From assembly GCF_963668165.2 (NCBI RefSeq), contig NZ_CAXXFY010000001.1, forward strand, positions 2,309,745 through 2,333,744: a stretch of 24,000 bases of DNA, written 5' to 3'. The notes beneath the pieces are model-generated. The model was not told the DNA's origin and made no database searches. It was given only the letters and a program-made list of their open reading frames with translations. This DNA is from Marispirochaeta sp. (lineage in GTDB: Bacteria > Spirochaetota > Spirochaetia > JC444 > Marispirochaetaceae). Below, piece by piece: positions 1-8,305 of this stretch (position 1 is the first letter of the stretch; every line of letters begins with the position of its first letter). The translations under genes were made by a program, and so were the position numbers.

Positions 1-366
1 TCCGGCGGCGGTGTGCGGCCCGGATTTGAGGGTGGACAGATGCCTCTGTACCGGCGGATTGCACGGCGAGGATTCTCAAACTACCTTTTTAAGAAAGAGT
101 ACCTGCCGGTTAACCTCGATGTTATCGATAAGAAGTTTAACGACGGTGAAACTGTAAACATTGAATCCCTTAAAGCCAAGAAGGTTATTAAGGGGAAAAA
201 TGTTGCCGTTAAAATACTTGCTAATGGTGAGATTACAAAGAAGTTAACCTTCGAGATTGATCAGATATCATCCGCGGCTAAAGAAAAGATTGAGAAGGCT
301 GGCGGTACTATCATCGCGGCTGCTCAGGAGACAAGCGAAAAAAACGCCGAAGAAAAAGGCGAATAG
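1..366 (+). CDS. rplO: 50S ribosomal protein L15, 5'-truncated by window start
   Basis: The frame is open from base 1. Translation SGGGVRPGFEGGQMPLYRRIARRGF matches the conserved L15 core. Stop at 364-366. It lies immediately upstream of secY, as in spc operons. Confidence 0.9.
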   Translation, partial: SGGGVRPGFEGGQMPLYRRIARRGFSNYLFKKEYLPVNLDVIDKKFNDGETVNIESLKAKKVIKGKNVAVKILANGEITKKLTFEIDQISSAAKEKIEKAGGTIIAAAQETSEKNAEEKGE

Positions 367-378
367 GATTGAACTGAT

Positions 379-1701
379 ATGGCGACGAATCCACTAGTTG
401 ATATTTTTCGTATCCGCGACCTCAGACAAAGGATATTCTTTACTCTGGGAATGCTGGTTGTCTTCCGACTGGGGGCAAACCTTCCAATTCCCGGGATAAA
501 CGTGAAAGCTTTGAATCTCTACTTCATGTCTCAGCAGGGAGGTGCGGGTGTTGGTATAACCGAGTATATCGACTTCTTTGCCGGTGGAGCGTTCAAGAAT
601 TTCTCAATTTTTATGCTTGGTATAATGCCTTATATATCGACTTCGATTATTATGCAGCTTTTGGTACTTGTTTTTCCAAGCCTTAAGCGCATAAGCGAAC
701 AGGAAGGTGGGCGAAAGAAAATTCAGCGCTACACACGGTACGGAACAGTAGTAATCTGTCTTATACAGTCATATGCTGTAACTATATACGCTAATCAGAT
801 TCCTGATGCCATAACTATCAACAAGACCGCATATGCGCTGATAGCAATGCTGACTGTAACAACAGGAACAATTTTCCTGATGTGGATAGGAGAGCAGATT
901 ACACAGCGGGGAATCGGAAACGGTATCTCCTTGTTGATTTTCGCAGGTATTGTTGCCAGGATGCCTGCCGCTTTTATTACCTTGATAGAAAAGGTGCAGA
1001 TCGGCGAGCTTAACCCAGTCTTTGTTATCCTTGTACTTGGTATGTTTATCACAGTAATTGCTCTTGTTATTTATGAGCAGCAGGGACAGCGCAAGATTCC
1101 AGTGCAGTATGCGAAAAGAGTTGTCGGCAGAAGAATGTACGGAGCCCAGAACACCTATATACCTTTCAAGATTAATCCGTCAGGGGTAATTCCTGTAATA
1201 TTTGCATCCAGTGTTCTGACCTTTCCGTTGCAGATAGCCGGAAACCTTGGTGGTCAGGTCAGCTGGCTACAGACTCTCAGTTACTGGCTGCGACCGAATG
1301 GTATTCCTTATCTTATTACGTACACCCTCTTGATCATCTTTTTCGCTTACTTCTATACTCAGGTGACTCTGAATCCCCACGAGATCGCCAAGCAAATACG
1401 TGAGAATGGTGGTTCTATTCCTGGTATACGTACCGATAAGATAGAGGTCTATCTGAATACAATTCTCAGCCGGATTATTTTACCGGGAGCTCTGTTTCTG
1501 GCTTTTATTGCGGTTATACCGTCGATTGTGCAGATGCTCTTTAATTTTCCAATGGAAGTGGCTATGCTGATGGGTGGTACATCCTTGCTAATTATGGTAG
1601 GTGTAGACCTTGATACCATGTCCCAGATCGAAGGACACTTGAGAATGCACCATCACGACGGCCTGGTTAAAAAGGGCAAGATTCGATCAAGAAACCTATA
1701 A
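379..1701 (+). CDS. secY: Preprotein translocase subunit SecY
   Basis: 440-aa polytopic membrane protein with conserved SecY stretches ([52 protein letters not shown]). Position is rplO-secY-rpmJ. Confidence 0.95.
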   Translation: MATNPLVDIFRIRDLRQRIFFTLGMLVVFRLGANLPIPGINVKALNLYFMSQQGGAGVGITEYIDFFAGGAFKNFSIFMLGIMPYISTSIIMQLLVLVFPSLKRISEQEGGRKKIQRYTRYGTVVICLIQSYAVTIYANQIPDAITINKTAYALIAMLTVTTGTIFLMWIGEQITQRGIGNGISLLIFAGIVARMPAAFITLIEKVQIGELNPVFVILVLGMFITVIALVIYEQQGQRKIPVQYAKRVVGRRMYGAQNTYIPFKINPSGVIPVIFASSVLTFPLQIAGNLGGQVSWLQTLSYWLRPNGIPYLITYTLLIIFFAYFYTQVTLNPHEIAKQIRENGGSIPGIRTDKIEVYLNTILSRIILPGALFLAFIAVIPSIVQMLFNFPMEVAMLMGGTSLLIMVGVDLDTMSQIEGHLRMHHHDGLVKKGKIRSRNL

Positions 1702-1712
1702 GGGGACCTAAT

Positions 1713-1826
1713 ATGAAGGTAAGAGTTAGCGTAAAACCTATGTGTGACAAATGCAAGGTTATAAAGCGGCGCGGAGTCGTACGAATAATTTGCGATAATC
1801 CCAAGCACAAGCAGCGCCAGAAGTAG
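1713..1826 (+). CDS. rpmJ: 50S ribosomal protein L36
   Basis: Too short for the ORF track. ATG at 1713, TAG at 1824-1826. The 37-aa product [37 protein letters not shown] is canonical L36 with a C-x2-C...C-x4-H zinc motif. AAGGGGA lies 6 nt upstream. Confidence 0.93.
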   Translation: MKVRVSVKPMCDKCKVIKRRGVVRIICDNPKHKQRQK

Positions 1827-1836
1827 GAGACCATAA

Positions 1837-2211
1837 ATGGCACGTATTGCAGGTATCGACCTTCCAAATAAAATGACAAAAATCGCTTTAACCTATATAT
1901 ACGGTATAGGAAGATCCTCGGCGATTGATGTTTGTGAAAAAGCGGGTGTTGATCCCGATGCTAAGATAAATGATCTGACCGCCGACGAGGTTAACAGTAT
2001 TCGTCAGCTTCTTGATAACGAGTATACCGTTGAGGGACGATTACGGACCGAAACAGCGCTCAATATTAAGAGGCTTATGGATATCGGGTGCTATCGCGGC
2101 TTACGGCATCGCCGGGGTTTACCTCTTCGTGGTCAGCGGACAAAAACGAATGCACGTACCCGAAAGGGTAAGAGAAAGACCGTCGCTAACAAGAAAAAAG
2201 CGACCAAGTAG
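1837..2211 (+). CDS. rpsM: 30S ribosomal protein S13
   Basis: [10 protein letters not shown]... and a C-terminal basic tail are typical of S13. AGGAG lies upstream of the ATG. Order is rpmJ-rpsM-rpsK. Confidence 0.95.
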   Translation: MARIAGIDLPNKMTKIALTYIYGIGRSSAIDVCEKAGVDPDAKINDLTADEVNSIRQLLDNEYTVEGRLRTETALNIKRLMDIGCYRGLRHRRGLPLRGQRTKTNARTRKGKRKTVANKKKATK

Positions 2212-2226
2212 TCAAAGGAGCATACA

Positions 2227-2607
2227 TTGGCTAAGGTTAAGAAGAAGAAAGAAAAAAAGACGGTATATGAAGGTCAGGTCTACATTCAGGCTACCTTCAA
2301 CAATACCATCGTTACTATCACCGATATGACCGGAAACGCCGTTTCCTGGGCTTCAGCGGGTGGTTTAGGGTTTAAAGGGGCAAAGAAGTCTACCCCGTAT
2401 GCCGCTCAAACAACTGCAGAAACGGCAGCTAAGAAAGCCATGGACTACGGGCTTCGTGAGGTACATGTCAAGGTAAAAGGGCCTGGAATGGGACGTGAAT
2501 CTGCTATACGTTCCCTTGGGAACCTTGGGTTGGCTGTCAAGAGTATTCGTGATATTACTCCCATCCCTCATAACGGTTGTCGACCCCGGAAGAGTCGAAG
2601 GGTATAA
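2227..2607 (+). CDS. rpsK: 30S ribosomal protein S11
   Basis: TTG start at 2227, 6 nt after AAGGAG (2215-2220). The motifs [18 protein letters not shown] and [13 protein letters not shown] are S11 hallmarks. Confidence 0.93.
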   Translation: MAKVKKKKEKKTVYEGQVYIQATFNNTIVTITDMTGNAVSWASAGGLGFKGAKKSTPYAAQTTAETAAKKAMDYGLREVHVKVKGPGMGRESAIRSLGNLGLAVKSIRDITPIPHNGCRPRKSRRV

Positions 2608-2619
2608 GGAGTTACAGAC

Positions 2620-3255
2620 ATGGCAAGATACGTAGGACCCAGCTGCCGGCTCTGTCGAGCAGAACATACTAAATTGTTTCTCAAAGGTGAACGCTGTAAT
2701 AGTCCCAAGTGCCCCATAAATAAGAAGCGTCCTGCTCCGGGAAAAGGTCCACGGGAACGGATGAAAAAGATGTCTGATTATGGGATTCAGCTAAGGGAAA
2801 AGCAGAAGCTGAAAAGAATGTATATGCTGCTTGAAAAACAGTTCAAGATCTTGTTCACCAAGGCTGAACGTATGAAGGGGATCACAGGTGAAAACCTCAT
2901 TACCCTTCTTGAAAGCAGAATAGATAACATCGTTTACCGGATGCACTTTGCTTCATCAAGATCCCAGGCCCGGCAACTAGTCAGTCACGGCCATGTACGG
3001 GTTAACGGTCGGCGTGTAACGATTCCTTCATATCTGGTTAGAGAGAATGACGTAATCGAAGTACAGGAAGCGAGCAAGAAGCTTGTTAACATTAAAGAGA
3101 GCCTGAAGCAATTCTCCCGTTCGGGTGTAAGCCCCTGGCTCGAATTGAATCCGGACGAGATGAAGGGGAAAGTTCTGGCTCTGCCTCGCCGTTCTGATGT
3201 AACTGAACTTGCAGATGTAAAAGAACATCTCATAGTCGAGCTCTATTCTCGGTAA
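2620..3255 (+). CDS. rpsD: 30S ribosomal protein S4
   Basis: MARYVGPSCRLCR... with an N-terminal Cys cluster and a C-terminal S4 RNA-binding domain (QARQLVSHGHVRVNGRRV). AAGGAG lies upstream. Confidence 0.95.
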   Translation: MARYVGPSCRLCRAEHTKLFLKGERCNSPKCPINKKRPAPGKGPRERMKKMSDYGIQLREKQKLKRMYMLLEKQFKILFTKAERMKGITGENLITLLESRIDNIVYRMHFASSRSQARQLVSHGHVRVNGRRVTIPSYLVRENDVIEVQEASKKLVNIKESLKQFSRSGVSPWLELNPDEMKGKVLALPRRSDVTELADVKEHLIVELYSR

Positions 3256-3264
3256 GGTGGTGAC

Positions 3265-4317
3265 ATGGCGCGCAAGAACTTAATGAAAGGATTCAAAAAA
3301 CCTAAGGGTATTACATTCGAGCATTCGGAGGTAAACCAAAATTACGGGAAGTTTATCGCTTATCCCTTTGAGAGGGGGTTTGGTACTACCATCGGAAACA
3401 CCTTGCGCCGTGTATTACTCAGTTCTATTCAGGGTTATGCGATTACTGCTGTAAAGATTACCTCCTACGACAGCGAGGGTACTCCGCACATTATTTCTTC
3501 TGAGTTCGAATCGATACCGGAGGTTGTGGAAGATACACCGGAGATTATCAACAATCTCAAATCTCTTATGGTGCGGTTACCGAGCGATACCGAACAGAAA
3601 ACTGTTTTGGTTGAGTTCAAAGGCCCTGGAGAGATAACTGGCGACTCCATTGCTCAAGCAACAGATATCGAGGTAATCAATAAAGATCTTAAGATCGCGA
3701 CCTTAATGGGAAATGCCAACATAGATATCGAAATACAGGTTGATCTCGGCCGGGGATATATTCCTGCAGAGACCAACGAAAAGTATATCGATGTTATTGG
3801 TACAATACCGGTGGACGCAGTTTTTTCTCCGGTTAAAAGGGTCAAGTATTCGATAGAGAACACTCGAGTTGGGCAGCGAAGTGATTATGACAAGCTGATA
3901 ATAGAAGTGTACACAGATGGAACTCTTGCTCCTGATGATGCCGTAGCTGAGGCTGCTAAGATAGCAAAAGATCATTTCTGTATTTTTATCAATTTTGATG
4001 AAGATTCGGTTACTGGTGACGATGAACTGGATGAAGATGAAGAGCGTATCAGAGCAATATTGGATACTCCTGTTGAAGAGCTTGAGCTATCCGTCAGATC
4101 AAGTAATTGTCTGAAGAATGCGAATATCAAGACCATCGGTGATCTGACCCGGAGAACTGAAGATGACATCGCCAAAACTCGCAATTTTGGTAAGAAATCC
4201 CTAACGGAAATCAAAGAGAAACTTCAGGAATGGAATCTGTATTTAGGAATGACTGATTATAGCGTCCTAAAAGACTCCGACAGGTTCATGAAAGGCAAAG
4301 AAGAAGATGAAGCATAG
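3265..4317 (+). CDS. rpoA: DNA-directed RNA polymerase subunit alpha
   Basis: The N-terminal domain motif [11 protein letters not shown] and the CTD helix-hairpin-helix [22 protein letters not shown] are present. GGTGG SD upstream. Position is rpsD-rpoA-rplQ. Confidence 0.95.
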   Translation: MARKNLMKGFKKPKGITFEHSEVNQNYGKFIAYPFERGFGTTIGNTLRRVLLSSIQGYAITAVKITSYDSEGTPHIISSEFESIPEVVEDTPEIINNLKSLMVRLPSDTEQKTVLVEFKGPGEITGDSIAQATDIEVINKDLKIATLMGNANIDIEIQVDLGRGYIPAETNEKYIDVIGTIPVDAVFSPVKRVKYSIENTRVGQRSDYDKLIIEVYTDGTLAPDDAVAEAAKIAKDHFCIFINFDEDSVTGDDELDEDEERIRAILDTPVEELELSVRSSNCLKNANIKTIGDLTRRTEDDIAKTRNFGKKSLTEIKEKLQEWNLYLGMTDYSVLKDSDRFMKGKEEDEA

Positions 4318-4813
4318 AGTTGGATTTAACCGTCTTAGTCGTAAAGCAAGCCACCGCAAGGCGATGCTAAGGAATATGGTCACGTCATTGTTTAACTATG
4401 AGAAAATAACGACAACAAAGGCAAAGGCCCTGGAAATCCGTCGCATCGCTGAAAAAATGATAACCCGGGCAAAGGTTGATTCTGTGCATAATCGCAGAAT
4501 GGCCGCTCGATATATTTGGGACAAAGGTATTGTCAACAAGTTGTTTACTGAGATTGGTCCCAAAAATGCCAACAGAGACGGCGGTTACTGCAGAATTCTT
4601 AAGATTGGCAGCAGGAACGGAGATGCTGCAGAAATGGTAGTTATCTCTCTTGTCGAGAGTGATAATGAAGCTGAAGGCAAGACAGAAAAGCCTGCAAAAA
4701 AGAAAAAAGAGAAGGCTCCCAAAGCTGAGTCGAAGAAAACAGAGACTGAGAAAGTCACAGCTGCGGCAGACAGCGGTGTAACGGAAGTCGGGAAAGCAGA
4801 TAAAACCGAATAG
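4307..4813 (+). CDS. rplQ: 50S ribosomal protein L17 with a ~50-aa K/E-rich C-terminal tail
   Basis: [24 protein letters not shown]... is the canonical L17 N-terminus. The ATG at 4307 overlaps the rpoA end by 11 nt. Last gene of the alpha operon. Confidence 0.92.
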   Translation: MKHRVGFNRLSRKASHRKAMLRNMVTSLFNYEKITTTKAKALEIRRIAEKMITRAKVDSVHNRRMAARYIWDKGIVNKLFTEIGPKNANRDGGYCRILKIGSRNGDAAEMVVISLVESDNEAEGKTEKPAKKKKEKAPKAESKKTETEKVTAAADSGVTEVGKADKTE

Positions 4814-4830
4814 TCCGGTACTGCTTGAGT

Positions 4831-4860
4831 AAAAAAGGGGAGTTTGTCTCCCCTTTTTTT
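4831..4860 (+). terminator. Rho-independent terminator of the alpha operon
   Basis: GGGGAG (4837-4842) pairs with CTCCCC (4848-4853) across a 5-nt loop. It is followed by T7 (4854-4860) and preceded by A6, so it could act in both directions. It begins 18 nt after the rplQ stop. Confidence 0.85.
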
Positions 4861-4891
4861 GTCTTTTCTCGCTTGAGCATATTCAGTGCTC

Positions 4892-4920
4892 TTTACACAA
4901 CAGGTTTACATACCGATAAT
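4892..4920 (+). promoter_or_regulatory. Candidate sigma70-type promoter for the acidic-repeat protein gene
   Basis: TTTACA (4892-4897), 17-nt spacer, GATAAT (4915-4920). It lies downstream of the terminator and upstream of AAGGAG (4939-4944) and the ATG at 4960. Confidence 0.4.
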
Positions 4921-4959
4921 CAATCTAGAAGAGTCTATAAGGAGCTGGTTTACTACAGC

Positions 4960-7900
4960 ATGCGGCCCGGGAATCGAATTGCAATAAGTCTGCTCGTTAC
5001 TATACTGGTGTTCACTATATTTGTATTTATGGCTTTCTCTGGCCTCTTTTCGTATATTGAACGAACATTTTATAATAACCGCGTCAGCACAAATATTCAA
5101 ACCGATCTTAAAAATAAGTCTCTTGCTATTCAGGAATTCCATAAAAACCAGCTAAACAGATTTGTAGAAATCTTCTCGGACCCCCTGTTTTGGCAGGTGT
5201 ATCGAAATAATGTCAGCAGAGAGCTTATAGAGAAAACTACCGATACTGACCGCATATTAAAACGTGAGATACCGGGATATCTCGGATACAGGTTTATTGA
5301 TGCCGATGGAAAAATCTGGTACTCAGGTTTCAACAGTGATCTGCGTGAATCAACAGCAACAAGGCGGGTGTATTTTCAATTTTCTGATGTTGAACCTGAT
5401 TTGGAACTTGATGCATACATCGTTCAGGAAAATCCCTCTTTTCATATTGAATCCCAGGGACAGCGTTTTGCCTATCTTATACCAGTGAATAATCCGATAG
5501 GTGAGTACCAAGGCACACTTGTTGTCTATACAGGGTATTCAGGGTTAATGAACAATCTTTCAGGTCGTAATCTGCTTGAGGCTGGAAGGACAGTACAGCT
5601 GGCGGGAAAAGATACATACCTGTTTAACGCTGATATAATTGACGATCAGGATAGTAGAGATGAGCTTGGAAGACGTCTGGATTCTTTTGAACAGGATTCT
5701 GGTCAGCTGCTGATAGGAAATGACGGGGTCGGTTCGTTTAATTTATTTATCCGGAAGACAAATAATTACGGGAAACTTGCATATGTTGCCGGCGCGGAAG
5801 AAGTCAGTTTAACAAAACCATTGAAAATACTCCTGCTGACCATGGTGTTTTCCACTGTTTTCCTTATTTCCTTTCTGATTTTAAGTATCCGCCAGGACGA
5901 TATAGCCGTAATATCAGAACGGATAAAACGTTTTCAATATAGTTTTCTAAAAGAATACTTAAAAAAGAGCGATAAGATAGATCTACGGCGTTGGAGTGCT
6001 GATTTACAAAGCCAGCAGGAGATAATAAAAAATAAACTCTTGAAGGGCATACGAAAAAGTCAGTACGAGGAAGCTGCCAAAATATTCGATGAAAACTGGC
6101 ACACAATTATTGAACTGCTTACTCCAGAGTCAAAAAGCAGGCAACCGGCTCTGGATATAAAGAATCTTGAGAATATTCTGGAAAAAGTATTAGAAAAGCA
6201 ACGCAATCTTGAAACTTCCATTTCCACTCCGACATCAAACGGGAAGAAGAGAAAAAAACAGCTACAAACGAGTCAGGCACAGGATCAAACAGCCGTAATT
6301 GATAAGCCTGTTTCAGGTGCAGGCGACGGCTCAGATAATCTGGAAGAGCTTGATGAGGCAGAGGAGCCGGAAGAAGCCGAAGAGCCGGAAGAAGCCGAAG
6401 AGCTGGAAGAGGCCGAAGAGCTGGAAGAGGCAGAGGAGCCGGAAGAAGCCGAAGAGCTGGAAGAGGCCGAAGAGCTGGAAGAGCCGGAAGAGGCAGAGGA
6501 GCCGGAAGAAGCCGAAGAGCTGGAAGAGGCAGAGGAGCTGGAAGAGGCAGAGGAGCCGGAAGAAGTCGAAGAGCCGGAAGAAGCCGAAGAGCTGGAAGAA
6601 GCCGAAGAGCTGGAAGAGGCCGAAGAGCTGGAAGAGCCGGAAGAGGCAGAGGAGCCGGAAGAAGCCGAAGAGCCGGAAGAAGCCGAAGAGCTGGAAGAAG
6701 CCGAAGAGCTGGAAGAAGCCGAAGAGCTGGAAGAAGCCGAAGAGCTGGAAGAAGCCGAAGAGCTGGAAGAAGCCGAAGAGCTGGAAGAAGCCGAAGAGCT
6801 GGAAGAAGCCGAAGAGCTGGAAGAAGCCGAAGAGCTGGAAGAAGCCGAAGAGCTGGAAGAGGCAGAGGAGCCGGAAGAAGCCGAAGAGCCGGAGTCAAAA
6901 GAAGACGATATACTGTATCTGAGCGGATTTATTACCGATGAGGAAGCTTTTGATCTAGAGACCCTTTTTAACCGACCTGAGGATTTAGGTGACATTGGTG
7001 TTTTTGAAGATGCATATGAAGAAGATATTGAGGAACTTAGCGAACTCGAAGAAGATAAAGAGGAAAACGAGGAACAGAAGATATCTGCAGAAAGTGTGGA
7101 ACAGAATTTAGATGAGTTACCGGAGGCATCTGAAGATGAGATAAAGATACTAAGCGCAGATAGAAAGGTACACAGACCGGTCAAGGTTATTCCTCTGGAA
7201 ACCGAACCGTTTGAAATCCTTGACGAACTTCCTGATACCTCAACTGAAGAAGAGCCTGTGCCTTTAACAGAACTTGAGACGAACCAGATAGAAGGCCTTA
7301 CGTATGGTCGAATCGAGAGCGATTTTACCTACCCACCGGTGAGTGATTCCGCAGTAACCTCGATACATGAGGACATCTCGTCACAGGGACTTTTGATAGG
7401 CACAATGGAAACGGTCGATATCGATAAACTTGTGCAAAGAGCTAAAACTCCGGGTTTCGTAGAAATTTATCCTTTTGCAGCTATAGTTGAGCAGCTTTCC
7501 GATCCAAAAACAGCTGAAGAAGCAATCGAGGAGAAGGATGGCGTTTTCAGGATAAAGGAATCTGTCTATGCAGCCAGAAAAAGGAACTCCGGTCGCAGCA
7601 AAAACGAGTTTAAAGTGCTGGTAGATTCCGTTTTGAAGAGTGATTCTGAGCGCGAAAGCATTGATTCCATATTTGGTCTCGGATCAGTTGATCTTGATCT
7701 TTCACCAGCCGATCGGGAACACTATGGAACAAGCAGGGAAGATTTCCGTGGTGAAACAGATGAACGCCTGTTATCTGAAAAGGGATTCAATTACGATGTC
7801 TATCTCCGAGACTTCAAAGCTGGGCAAATCGGCATAATGAAATCTCTAATGCGCATCTCCGCTCAATGTAATGCAGTATATGCCTCCATACTCGGTTTTG

Positions 7901-8211
7901 ACGAAACCGGGCTGGCCTCACAATATTCTCTTGGAATGGACGAAGAGGCCAGCAGAAAGTTAAGATTTCAGAAAAATGAGGAGCTTTTTCCTGTATTCCT
8001 GAATTACAGGCTGATTTTCTTACTGAAATCGACTACCGGTATTCCATTCTTCGATTCCCGTTTCGATGAGAGGGGTAGACATTTCATCGACGGACACCTC
8101 TTTATTCCTGCAATTCATAATAATATGCCGGTTTACATCTATCTGTCTCTGAAGCAGAGGAAGGATTCCATAAAGTTCTACATTGATACCCTTCAACAAC
8201 TTACTCAATGA
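4960..8211 (+). CDS. Large two-TM membrane protein with a giant acidic (EEAEEL/P)n repeat; function unknown
   Basis: The ORF-track start (TTG 4825) runs through the terminator hairpin, so I prefer the ATG at 4960 preceded by AAGGAG. TM1 is ISLLVTILVFTIFVFMAFSGLF. A ~255-aa extracytoplasmic domain follows, then TM2 ILLLTMVFSTVFLISFLILSI, a K/E-rich region, the acidic repeat, and a globular C-terminal region. I recognise no catalytic motif. Confidence 0.75.
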   Translation: MRPGNRIAISLLVTILVFTIFVFMAFSGLFSYIERTFYNNRVSTNIQTDLKNKSLAIQEFHKNQLNRFVEIFSDPLFWQVYRNNVSRELIEKTTDTDRILKREIPGYLGYRFIDADGKIWYSGFNSDLRESTATRRVYFQFSDVEPDLELDAYIVQENPSFHIESQGQRFAYLIPVNNPIGEYQGTLVVYTGYSGLMNNLSGRNLLEAGRTVQLAGKDTYLFNADIIDDQDSRDELGRRLDSFEQDSGQLLIGNDGVGSFNLFIRKTNNYGKLAYVAGAEEVSLTKPLKILLLTMVFSTVFLISFLILSIRQDDIAVISERIKRFQYSFLKEYLKKSDKIDLRRWSADLQSQQEIIKNKLLKGIRKSQYEEAAKIFDENWHTIIELLTPESKSRQPALDIKNLENILEKVLEKQRNLETSISTPTSNGKKRKKQLQTSQAQDQTAVIDKPVSGAGDGSDNLEELDEAEEPEEAEEPEEAEELEEAEELEEAEEPEEAEELEEAEELEEPEEAEEPEEAEELEEAEELEEAEEPEEVEEPEEAEELEEAEELEEAEELEEPEEAEEPEEAEEPEEAEELEEAEELEEAEELEEAEELEEAEELEEAEELEEAEELEEAEELEEAEELEEAEELEEAEEPEEAEEPESKEDDILYLSGFITDEEAFDLETLFNRPEDLGDIGVFEDAYEEDIEELSELEEDKEENEEQKISAESVEQNLDELPEASEDEIKILSADRKVHRPVKVIPLETEPFEILDELPDTSTEEEPVPLTELETNQIEGLTYGRIESDFTYPPVSDSAVTSIHEDISSQGLLIGTMETVDIDKLVQRAKTPGFVEIYPFAAIVEQLSDPKTAEEAIEEKDGVFRIKESVYAARKRNSGRSKNEFKVLVDSVLKSDSERESIDSIFGLGSVDLDLSPADREHYGTSREDFRGETDERLLSEKGFNYDVYLRDFKAGQIGIMKSLMRISAQCNAVYASILGFDETGLASQYSLGMDEEASRKLRFQKNEELFPVFLNYRLIFLLKSTTGIPFFDSRFDERGRHFIDGHLFIPAIHNNMPVYIYLSLKQRKDSIKFYIDTLQQLTQ
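6344..6894 (+). repeat. In-frame tandem repeat of 9-bp sub-units paired into 18-bp units (GAAGAAGCC GAAGAGCTG/CCG), ~30 units
   Basis: Read directly from the sequence. Positions 6676-6855 are 10 perfectly identical copies of GAAGAAGCCGAAGAGCTG. The flanking copies differ by synonymous GAA/GAG and GCC/GCA changes and by CTG/CCG (Leu/Pro). One copy has GTC (Val). Confidence 0.97.
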
Positions 8212-8246
8212 ACATTTCTGATAATCGTTCTCGATTCCATATTTGC

Positions 8247-8274
8247 TTGACAAATGTGTTGCGATATTTATAAT
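8247..8274 (+). promoter_or_regulatory. Candidate sigma70 promoter of rny
   Basis: Consensus TTGACA (8247-8252), 16-nt spacer, consensus TATAAT (8269-8274). GGAGG (8294-8298) and the ATG at 8306 lie downstream. Confidence 0.55.
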
Positions 8275-8305
8275 TAAGCGTACATTTGTATCTGGAGGAA
8301 GAAGC

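Noticed and set aside
2012-2329. A 105-aa plus-strand ORF spanning the rpsM-rpsK junction.
   Set aside because: It is an off-frame reading of two well-supported ribosomal protein genes.
4825-4959. The ORF-track TTG start at 4825 for the large protein (45 extra codons).
   Set aside because: The extension reads through the rplQ terminator hairpin, its T-tract and the candidate promoter. The ATG at 4960 has an AAGGAG upstream and begins right before TM1.
6344-6894. Short direct repeats that might be mistaken for a CRISPR array.
   Set aside because: The units are contiguous with no spacers, are only 18 bp long, and lie in frame within a CDS.
6119-7184. Three long ORFs overlapping the repeat: 6119-6898 (-) LPALRL repeats, 6285-7184 (-) poly-Ser/Ala, and 6299-6922 (+) KKPKSW repeats.
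   Set aside because: They are alternative-frame and antisense readings of the stop-free 9/18-bp tandem array. They have no independent start context, and the sense frame is continuous with a 1083-aa protein.
8223-8236. A small hairpin, AATCG-TTCT-CGATT, after the large protein gene, considered as a terminator.
   Set aside because: It has only a 5-bp AT-rich stem and no proper U-tract, which is too weak to call.
8243-8305. The ORF-track start at 8243 for rny (21 extra codons).
   Set aside because: The extension would encode the consensus -35/-10 promoter region. The ATG at 8306 follows GGAGG and begins the expected N-terminal membrane anchor.
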